Positions 9,501-17,572 of a stretch of 64,000 nt of DNA are shown piece by piece; the first letter of the stretch is position 1, and each line of letters opens with the position of its first letter. The translations under genes were made by a program, and so were the position numbers. This stretch comes from Kofleriaceae bacterium (lineage in GTDB: Bacteria > Myxococcota_A > Polyangia > Haliangiales > Haliangiaceae). Below the pieces are notes generated by a model. The model made no database searches and was not told where the DNA came from. It saw nothing but the letters and a program-made list of their open reading frames with translations. The DNA lies in assembly GCA_044230415.1 (NCBI GenBank), contig JBGARE010000001.1, forward strand, positions 433,195-497,194, read 5' to 3'.

Positions 9501-12500
9501 TCGGACAGCTCCTCGAGGACCTTGATCGCGGCCTGCGGCTGCGAGTCCACCTCGACGACCTTGAGGTACGACGCGATCGCTTCGTCGACCTGGCCGAGGA
9601 AGTTGAGCTGCACGTTGCCGCGCCGCGAGTACAGATCGCCGAGGCGATACGCGCGCGAGGCGCCGCTCTCCACATGCGCGATCGCGCTCTCGTAGAGCTG
9701 CATCGCAGCGGCCCAGCGCTCGGCCTTGTAGCAGACGCGCTCCATCGCGGTGAACACGTCGCGGTTCGTGGGATCCGCGGCGAACGCGGCGGTGTACGCG
9801 GCGAGCGCGCCCTCGATGTCGCCGCGATTCGAGCGCAGCGTCGCGACGCGTGCGAACAGCGCGGCGCGGAGCTGTGGATCGAGGGTTGCCTCGGCTTTGC
9901 CCTCGAGGATCCGCGCGAGCTCGCGATCCTTGCCGGTCTTCTCGTACAGCCCTTCGAGCGCACCGAGGGCGATCGGGTTCTCGGACTGGCGCTCGAGCAC
10001 GCTCTCGTACGCCGTGACGGCATCGGCGGCCCGATTGAGCTTGTTCGCGCGCAGGTCCGCGAGCTCGAGCAGGATGTCGAGTTGGCGCTTCGTGTCCGTC
10101 GGCTTGATGTTCGGCAGCTCGCGCTCGAGCACGACGACCACCTCGGCCCACCGCTGCGTGCGGCGCAACAGCTCGAGGAGCTTCGCGTTGCGTTTGTCGT
10201 CGGGCTGCGCCGCTTGCGCGATCAGCAGCATGCGCACGGCGCCGTCGATATCGCCGAGCTGCTCTTCGTACAGCACGGCGAGCTCGTTCGCGCGACGCGC
10301 CTTCTCTTGCGTCGTATCGGCGGCTTCGAGCTGCTTGCGACGAACCTCGACGAGCTCGGACCACTCCGCGATCTTCGCGAGCGCTTCGGCGAGCACCTCC
10401 ACGTTCCGCGGAGTCTGCGGTGCGCCGCGGAACGCACGCGCGAGCTCGTCCCACAGGTTCAACCGCCGTGCGGGCTCCTCGATCCCGGCGAGCGCTTCGG
10501 TGTGATCGGGCTCGTACTCGAGGACATCGAGGTAAGCGGCGACTACGCCCTGCGGCTCGCGACCGAGCTCCGTGAGCAGCTGCGCGATCTCGTTCTGCAG
10601 GACGATCCGCCGCTCGATCGGCGGATCCGCGGCGAGCTCGGCGCGGACGATCTCGAGCGCTTTCTCCGTCTGCCCCGACACGCGCAGCATACGGATCTGG
10701 TGCGTGCGCGCGCCGGCGTGGTTGTTCTCGGCCGCCTTCTCGAGGGCAGCGATCGCGGCCTTGTGATCGCCGCGGCGATCCTCCGAGCGCGCGATGTCCA
10801 TCCAGATCTCGCCACGCTTCTGGGGAGTCTGGGCGAGCTCCGCTGCTTTCGTGCGCAGCTCGATCGCGCGTGGCCATAGCTCGTCGCGCTCGCACAGCTT
10901 CGCGAGCGCGAGCATCGCTTCGGTATCCTCGGGCCGATCCGTGATCATGCGCTCGAGGGCCGCACGTGCACCCGCGCGATCACCCAAGTGATCGTCGAGG
11001 AGCTCCGCGTGCTCGCGAGCTGCTTGCGCGCGCCCATCGCGGCTCGTCAGCGATGTCGATAGCTCGTGCAGAACCTGGGCGAGCGCGTCGTAGCGCTTGC
11101 CGGCGCGATACACCGCCGCGAGCGCCGCGCGCGCGAACGGATCGTTCGGGCCGAGCTGCCGTGCCTTCTCGAGAGACTCTTCCGCATCGACGAAGTCACC
11201 GCGCGCGAGATCGACGATTCCGCGCGCACACCACAGCGCTGCCGCGTTGCGCGGATCCTTCTCGGCGCGCGCGCACTCGGCGTACGCTTCGGCGAGTCGA
11301 TCCTCGTCGGCGCCGCGGTACAGGCGCACCAGGTGATCGCGCGTGGTCGGCAGCTCGGCTTCACCGGCGGCGCGCGCCCAGAGCGCGAGGGACTTCGCGA
11401 GATCACCGCGGCGCTCGGCGATCGCGGCGGCCCACCGCACGAACAAGCCGCCGCGCTCCTCGAAGCGCTGCTGCGTCGCGGGCGTGGGCGAGAGCAGCTC
11501 GAGGCGATCGAGCCAGCGCTCCGCGATCACGCTGTCGACGGAATCGACGACGGTGATCGCGAGCTCGCCGAGCGATGGATCGTTCGTCAGGCTCGCGAGC
11601 TCGAGGGCGCGCCATGCGTGCGTCGCGGCGACCTCGATACACGTCGTGTCTCCGGCGAGCCAGCGATGCGCGGCGAGTGCGGTCGCGTGCTCCTTCGCGC
11701 CCGCCGCGGACCACGCGAGGCGCAGCTGCGCGATGCGCTTGGCCGCGTTGGGCGCCGCCGACATCGGATCGTCGACGAGCTGTTGCCACAGCACGGTGAC
11801 CTGTCCGTGTTCGCGGTCGCGTTCCAGCTCGGCCGCGACGGCGTGCCGCGTCGCGAGCGCTTCCACGCCACCACCGGCGAGCTCCGAGATCAGCTCGGCG
11901 CGCTTGTCGAGCAGCTCGAACCGGCGCTCGTCGTCGAGGATCGTCGCCGCGGTGATCGCGATATCGAAGCACCGCAGCCAGCCGAGCGCGCTCCCATCGG
12001 CCGTCGTCCCGGGGCGAGTTCCGGGCCCTGGATAGAACTCGAGCTTCGCCCAGCACAGACCGAGTGCTTCCGTCGCGTCGTCCGCGCGATCGAGCAGGAG
12101 CGCCGCGGTGGCCGCGACCTCCTCGGGTTCGCTGTCGACCGTCAACGACCGGCGGCGCAGCTCGACCACGCGGGACCAGTTCCCGGCGACCGCGTGCGTG
12201 AGGGAGGCGAGCTCGGTCGCGTGCTTCGCGAGCGACGGATCCGGCGATGCCGCGAGCGCGAGCTCGATCGCCTCGACCGCCCGCGCCGGCTTGCTGTGCC
12301 GCCACAGCCAGGCCTCGGCTGCTTCGATCAACAGGTGCGGGTTGCCGACGATCTTGGACATCACCGCATCGAGCGATGCTTCCTCGCTTCCGACGAGCGC
12401 CGCCGCGAACCGCAGCCGCGGCGCGAGCGGGTGCCGATCCGCGAGCTCGAGGAACCGCATTGCCTCGTCGCTCTGATGCAACGCATCCCAGCTCGCGAGC

Positions 12501-12589
12501 GCGGTGCGCACGTTCAGGTCCGCGAGCCGGCCATCCGCGTCGTCCCCCGCGAGCAACGCCTCGCCCTCGGACGCGACCATCTCGAGCAT
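6527..12589 (-). CDS. Giant tetratricopeptide (TPR) repeat protein, about 2000 aa
   Basis: Dozens of 34-aa TPR-like units run end to end, with recurring A..Y...G....A......L..DP.n..al..L patterns (for example [18 protein letters not shown] and [20 protein letters not shown]). The start is ambiguous. The track ORF runs to 13453 through low-complexity sequence. An ATG at 12772 would overlap the divergent ATG at 12771. I chose the next in-frame Met, [10 protein letters not shown]..., at 12589. Confidence 0.8.
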   Translation of the reverse strand: [2020 protein letters not shown]

Positions 12590-12833
12590 TCGCTCGACGA
12601 GGACCTCGGCATCCGCGACTTCGAGGTTGCGCGTGTCCTCCGCGAGATCCGCATCGTCGACAACGGACGCAATAGGCACGACGTCCGTACGCCCTGCTGC
12701 TGGAGCAACCGGGACGCGCGGCAACGGCGGCGGCTTGGTCCCCGGCCGTCGGATCGGTGGCGGATCCGCCATGCGACTGGCGATCGTAGCAGGGCTGACG
12801 TCAAAGGGGCCAGCTCGTGTATCCTTCTCCGCG

Positions 12834-13712
12834 ATGAGGCTCGGTCGTGCGATCTGCGTCAGCCTCGACGAAGGAGTATGTCGGGTAGTCGCCGATGCCC
12901 TGACGTCCGCGGGCCTGACAGTCGAGCACACTACTTCTATACCTGCCGACGTCACCGGCGCCGTCGCTGTCATCGTCGATCGCGCCACTCGGCTGGCCGC
13001 TCCGACCGTCCTGCGCGGCCTGTCCGTTCCGGTGGTTGTCGTCGGAGATGACCTCGACGACGACGGCCTCATCACCCTCATGCTCGAGGGTCCGGTCAGC
13101 CATCTCGTCCGCGATCCAGGTGATCCCCAGCTCCAGATCACGTCCGAAAAGCTCGCCACCGGCGACATGTTCGGTCTCGAGAAGTACGTGTCCCCGGGCG
13201 TCACCGTGGGAGAGCGGCTGATCAACACCGACTCGGACAAACGCCATGCCATCGACGAGGTCTGCGCCTGGGCCGAGGCCGTGGGCGCCCGGCGCCCCAT
13301 CGTCGCTCGCATCTCGTCGGTCGTCGACGAGCTCGTCATGAATGCACTCCGCGAGTCCGATGGAGACCTACGCCGTCGCGCCCGAGGCGCGGTCCTTCGC
13401 TGGGCCAAGGACGACGGCACGATCGCCATCTCCGTCGGCGATCGCTTCGGCACGCTGCGCCAACACGATGTCCTCGATCACGTCCGCCGGGCGCGCACCG
13501 AAAAGGGTCGTCCCCAATCTCCCGCCGAATCGCAAGGCGCGGGCCTCGGTCTCTATTTGGTGCTCGCCAACGTCGCGTCGCTGATCGTCAACGTCACGCC
13601 GGGCGAGCAGACCGAGGTCGTGTGTCTGTTCGATCTCGCCGCGCCGTCGAAGCGGGGAGCGATCGGCAGCGGAGTTCGCTCGCTGCACGTGTTCCAGATG
13701 GTCGGCACCTAG
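12834..13712 (+). CDS. GHKL-type ATPase-like protein (anti-sigma-factor/HATPase_c-like) with an N-terminal receiver-like domain
   Basis: The N-terminus (ICVSLDEG...VAVIVD...VVVVGDDLDDDGLITLMLEG) looks like a degenerate receiver. The C-terminus carries the G-rich ATP-lid motifs DELVMNAL...GTIAISVGDRFG...GAGLGLYLV typical of HATPase_c_2. I chose the start MRLGRAI... at 12834 over the ATG at 12771 to avoid overlapping divergent start codons. Confidence 0.55.
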   Translation: MRLGRAICVSLDEGVCRVVADALTSAGLTVEHTTSIPADVTGAVAVIVDRATRLAAPTVLRGLSVPVVVVGDDLDDDGLITLMLEGPVSHLVRDPGDPQLQITSEKLATGDMFGLEKYVSPGVTVGERLINTDSDKRHAIDEVCAWAEAVGARRPIVARISSVVDELVMNALRESDGDLRRRARGAVLRWAKDDGTIAISVGDRFGTLRQHDVLDHVRRARTEKGRPQSPAESQGAGLGLYLVLANVASLIVNVTPGEQTEVVCLFDLAAPSKRGAIGSGVRSLHVFQMVGT

Positions 13713-14128
13713 CTATTCGTTCGTTCGCGGCTCCCACTGTCCGTGGACTTTGCTCGCTCCTTCGCGATCTCCTCGGCGACGATGTCGGGGAACGCGCGGG
13801 TATCGATCGGCTTCGCGATGTAGGCGTTGCAGCCCGCTGCGAGCGCCGCTTCCATGTCGCCCTTCATCGCATTCGCCGTGACCGCGATGATCACGAGATC
13901 GGCGTACCGCGGGTCGCGACGCAGTTGGCGTGCGAACGAGAGCCCATCCATCCCGGGCAAGCTGATGTCGAGGAGGAGACACGCGAACGTCTTGCTCGCG
14001 AGGATCGGCGCTGCTTCTTCGGCCGAGGTCGCGCTGTCGACCTGGTAGCCACGCGCGGCGAGCACCACGGTCAAAAGCTTCACGTTCATTTCGGCGTCAT
14101 CGACAACGAGCAAGCGCTCTCTCTGCAT
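13709..14128 (-). CDS. Single-domain response regulator (CheY-like receiver)
   Basis: MQRERLLVVDDAEMNVKLLTVVLAARGYQV...LLDISLPGMDGLSFARQLR...IIAVTANAMKGD...NAYIAKPID carries the canonical receiver acidic pocket, the phosphoacceptor Asp in LLDISLPGMDG, and a conserved Lys. It converges on the previous gene with a 4-nt overlap. Confidence 0.8.
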   Translation of the reverse strand: MQRERLLVVDDAEMNVKLLTVVLAARGYQVDSATSAEEAAPILASKTFACLLLDISLPGMDGLSFARQLRRDPRYADLVIIAVTANAMKGDMEAALAAGCNAYIAKPIDTRAFPDIVAEEIAKERAKSTDSGSRERTNS

Positions 14129-14268
14129 CAGACTCGCTCCTTGCAAACTCGAAGAGAGGCGCGGGCGTTGCTGACGAACACCTCGTCAGCGCGACACGTA
14201 ACGCATCGGAGCAGAATCGCCCGTCGGAACTGAGCGTGGGAGTTAGCTCACGGGTAGTTAACGCCGAT

Positions 14269-15531
14269 TTAACGTGTCGGGTGCCGCAATACGCTGCACC
14301 CGATCACTACGAGCGTCGCTCCACCGACGAGTGCGACTCCCTCGATCGGTAATGTCTGACGGAGTGTCGCGAACAGCCCCGGTGCGAGAACGAAGATCGT
14401 CCACCATCCGACGATCCACGCGAGCTTCGCGCGACGTCGCGCAGCAGTGGAGATCGGTAGTGACTGCGAGAGTCGGATCAGCTCGATCGGTGGCCGATGC
14501 AGCCGTCCACCGACGGCGATTCCGTATGCTGTCATCGTCACGAGTGTCGCGACGAGCCACGGCATCGGATCGACGGGCTGCTTGAAGCCGATGATCGCGA
14601 GCACGAGGAACGCGAGCGCACCGAGCGCGAACGCCATCGGATAACGACGGCGCATCAGCCGCGCGTCCTTGGAGTACGCGAGCGCTGCATCGCCGATCAG
14701 CGCGGCGATCAGTCGCTCGATTCCCGTCGGGGGACGGATCTCCAACGTCGCGAGTCGCTGGCGATCGAGCGCGGACACGTCACGTAGGATCGTTCCCATC
14801 ACGCGCGGCGTGCCGCTGCGCGTCGCGACGATCGCGAGGATGGAGACCCCGACGAGGATCCCGAGCGTGATCGCGGGTGGCGCCGACGGTGTGCCGCCCG
14901 TGAGCCACGACGTCAGGAGCAGGATCGCGACGAACACACCGGTGGACGCGAAGCCGGGCAGGGCGCCGAGGAGCGCGGTGTTCGGCGTCGGTGGCTTGGC
15001 CGTCGCATCGACGCCGGTGGCCGTGCGCAGCTGCGCGACGGCTTCGGAGGCACTGAGCGCGACGAGCTGCGCGCCGAACAGCGCGACCGCGGGGATCAGC
15101 AACGCGGCGGTGACACCGAGTGCTCCGCCGAGAGCGAGGTGCCGCACCGCGAGATCCACGCTGTGATCGAACAGCGGAGCGGCTCCGATCGCGACGATCA
15201 GCGTCGTGGCGATCGCGGATCGCACGCACCGATACAGCGCCGCCGCGAGCAACGCTTCGCCTTCGATCGGAAGCTGCGCGAGGAGCGCCGCGTCCGCGCG
15301 CCAGTACAGGTGGAACGGCACGCGCATGAACGTGATCATGAATGCGACGCACGTACCCGCCAGCCACGCGTGACTACCGGCGTCGTACGACGCGTGCGCG
15401 CGCCACGCGACCCATCCGGCGAACGCGGCACCGAGGGCAGCGACGATCGCGAGTGGTCGCGTGAAGACGGAGCTACTGCGGCGCTCGTACAGATTCGACC
15501 AGCGAACGAGGTCGCGGCCCGCGATCGCCAT
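14269..15531 (-). CDS. Polytopic membrane protein, probable ABC-2-type permease partner of the upstream ABC ATPase
   Basis: About 420 aa with at least 10 hydrophobic helices. Its ATG overlaps the stop of the ABC ATPase gene at 15531, indicating an operon with translational coupling. Confidence 0.65.
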   Translation of the reverse strand: MAIAGRDLVRWSNLYERRSSSVFTRPLAIVAALGAAFAGWVAWRAHASYDAGSHAWLAGTCVAFMITFMRVPFHLYWRADAALLAQLPIEGEALLAAALYRCVRSAIATTLIVAIGAAPLFDHSVDLAVRHLALGGALGVTAALLIPAVALFGAQLVALSASEAVAQLRTATGVDATAKPPTPNTALLGALPGFASTGVFVAILLLTSWLTGGTPSAPPAITLGILVGVSILAIVATRSGTPRVMGTILRDVSALDRQRLATLEIRPPTGIERLIAALIGDAALAYSKDARLMRRRYPMAFALGALAFLVLAIIGFKQPVDPMPWLVATLVTMTAYGIAVGGRLHRPPIELIRLSQSLPISTAARRRAKLAWIVGWWTIFVLAPGLFATLRQTLPIEGVALVGGATLVVIGCSVLRHPTR

Positions 15532-16256
15532 TACGTCGGGCCCTCGTCGGCGATCAGCGAGACGTAGAGATCCTCGACGGCAGTCGGGCCTTTCGCGAGG
15601 AGCTCGCTAACCTCGGCGCCGCGCTTGTCGGCGACGAGCTTGCCCTTGTCCATGATCAAGATGCGATCGCACATGCGCTCGGCCACGCCGAGCAGGTGCG
15701 TGGACATCAGCACTGCTGCGCCGCGATCAGCCGCACCTCGCAACGCTGTGCGTGCGGAGCGCGACGCGTGGGGATCGAGACCGTTGAGCGTCTCGTCGAG
15801 GAGGATCAGCTCCACGGGACCGACGAGCGCGGCCGCGAGCCCGACACGCTGGCGCATGCCGAACGACAGCTCGCGGCAGGGGCGCTGCGTGATCTTTGCG
15901 AGCCCGAGGTCACCGAGGATCGCCGCCGCGGCCGCCTCGTCGCTGCCGCGCGCTTGCGCGACGAACGTGACGTGCTCGAGCACGGTGAAGAACTCGTACA
16001 GCGCGGGTGGCTGATCCGCGAAGCCGACTCTGGCGCGAGCGGATCGCGGCGCGGTCGCGAGATCCTGTCCACCGACGGTGATCGTGCCCGTGGTCGGGAC
16101 GATCGAGCCCGCCATCGCGGACAACGTGGTGCTCTTGCCCGCGCCGTTGGGCCCGAGCATCAGCGCGATTTGCTTTGGCTCCAGCTCGAACGAGAGGTTG
16201 TCCACCGCGACGCGCTTGCCGTAGTGAATCGTGAGCCCGGCGACCTTGGCGATCAC
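15531..16256 (-). CDS. ABC transporter ATP-binding protein
   Basis: Walker A GPNGAGKST, Q-loop, ABC signature LSFGMRQRVGLAAAL, Walker B ILLDETLNGLD and an H-loop are all present. The length of 241 aa is typical. Confidence 0.9.
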   Translation of the reverse strand: MIAKVAGLTIHYGKRVAVDNLSFELEPKQIALMLGPNGAGKSTTLSAMAGSIVPTTGTITVGGQDLATAPRSARARVGFADQPPALYEFFTVLEHVTFVAQARGSDEAAAAAILGDLGLAKITQRPCRELSFGMRQRVGLAAALVGPVELILLDETLNGLDPHASRSARTALRGAADRGAAVLMSTHLLGVAERMCDRILIMDKGKLVADKRGAEVSELLAKGPTAVEDLYVSLIADEGPT

Positions 16257-17572
16257 AGCCCCGTGTATACGACGACGTAGAGCACTTTGGCCTCACTCCG
16301 CGGCGGCGCGATCGTTCGCAGCGAGATTTGTTGCGGGCCCTCCTTGGTCGGCTCGGACGCGGTCTGATATGCGAGCGTCCAGTTCTGTCCCCGATACAGG
16401 TGCTCGCGCAGGACCACCTCGACGGCGTACGCGCGGGTGTTCTTGATCGTGAGCACGAACTCCTCGACGACGCGGCGGTTGTCCTCGTCGTACGACAGCT
16501 CCCGGCGCTCGCGTGTACCGGTGACGCCCTCCGCCGTGCCGAGGGCGATCGTATCGACGGCGGCGACGCGCGTGGCGGCATCGAACAGCCGCGATTCGCC
16601 GAGCACGGCGAGCGTGCCATCCGGGCGGCGCTCGAGGAGGCGCACGGGGCCCGCGGGCAACCCCTCGGTCGAGGCGTGCGGGCGGACCACCTCGAAGCTC
16701 TCGGTCACCCGCGGTGACGCTCGCTCCATGCCGAGGGATGCATCGATGATCGGGCGTGCGCCGCTGTTGTCGAGCTTCGTGCCGATCGGATCGTAGACGA
16801 GCACGGAGCGCATCGCGCGCGGCAGATCGCCGGGCAGGAGCTCGATGCGAGTCTCGCCATTGGTGATCACGAGATCGCCGAGGACGCGCGGAGTCGCCGT
16901 CGGTGTGGTGCTCGGTGCGCCACCGGTCAGCGTGGTGCCGACGTTCTCGGCGATCTGCCCACGCCACGCGCCGAGCTCGGAGTCCACGACCTGCGTCCGC
17001 GCGGCGGGCAGGGGCGCCGTCAGCGTGTTGCGGATCGCGATCGCCCCGCGCAGCGTGACCCGCGTGCGCGCCGGCGTCGTGGTCATCGTGTACGCCGCAT
17101 CCCACGTGAGCCGATCGGTGACGAACGCGATCGCGAGACTGTAGCGGCCGGCCTTCGGTGCACTCACGTCGAACGTGACCGTCGTCGGTCCGCTCGGAGG
17201 CGGTGCGGTCTTCTGCGGCGCTTCCGCGTCCTTCGTCGCCTCCTCGAGATCGAGTTCCTTGTCGAATTCGTCGTCGATAGACGTCTCGGGCTGGGGCACG
17301 ACGGGCACGTCGGTGATCGGTCCGCGTAGCTCGCCGACGGTGAGCACGCCGCGATCCACGATCGCGACATCGTCGAGCGAAACTCCCTCGGGCACCACGT
17401 ACGAGACGGTGGCGTGACTCGCCTCGGGGACCACGACATCGATGCGATGCTTGATCAGCGCGCGATCGCGATACAGCGTGATCTCGTCGGCGGCGACGGC
17501 CGTACCGCTCGGCAATGCGCGCGTATGACCGCCGCACGCGGCGAGCGCGACGACGATCGCGAGCAACTTCAC
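16253..17572 (-). CDS. DUF4139-like (MuiA/TIGR02231-like) lipoprotein, paralogue 2
   Basis: The refined start is a GTG giving VKLLAIVVALAACGG, a lipoprotein signal with lipobox LAAC. This GTG overlaps the upstream gene's TGA as GTGA. The body resembles the upstream paralogue, with LTWDAAY/MQWTADY W-x-A-x-Y motifs and a C-terminal ...YVVVYTGL/...YTLVYTW beta-strand tail. The 518-aa track ORF has an Arg-rich artefactual N-terminal extension. Confidence 0.7.
   Translation of the reverse strand: MKLLAIVVALAACGGHTRALPSGTAVAADEITLYRDRALIKHRIDVVVPEASHATVSYVVPEGVSLDDVAIVDRGVLTVGELRGPITDVPVVPQPETSIDDEFDKELDLEEATKDAEAPQKTAPPPSGPTTVTFDVSAPKAGRYSLAIAFVTDRLTWDAAYTMTTTPARTRVTLRGAIAIRNTLTAPLPAARTQVVDSELGAWRGQIAENVGTTLTGGAPSTTPTATPRVLGDLVITNGETRIELLPGDLPRAMRSVLVYDPIGTKLDNSGARPIIDASLGMERASPRVTESFEVVRPHASTEGLPAGPVRLLERRPDGTLAVLGESRLFDAATRVAAVDTIALGTAEGVTGTRERRELSYDEDNRRVVEEFVLTIKNTRAYAVEVVLREHLYRGQNWTLAYQTASEPTKEGPQQISLRTIAPPRSEAKVLYVVVYTGL

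Noticed and set aside
7554-10895. Very long ORFs on both strands (7554..10895 minus and 7664..10879 plus, each about 1100 aa) inside the TPR gene
   Set aside because: They are alternate-frame or antisense readings of the 6527..12589 TPR CDS. Their translations are Arg/Ala/Gly low-complexity sequence with no motifs, which is the typical stop-poor off-frame ORF in roughly 70% GC DNA.
14181-14201. Inverted repeat GCTGACGA-acacc-TCGTCAGC in the intergenic region between the ABC permease and the response regulator
   Set aside because: No U-tract follows on either strand, and it lies in the probable 5' leader of the response-regulator gene. The evidence is too weak to call it a terminator or operator.
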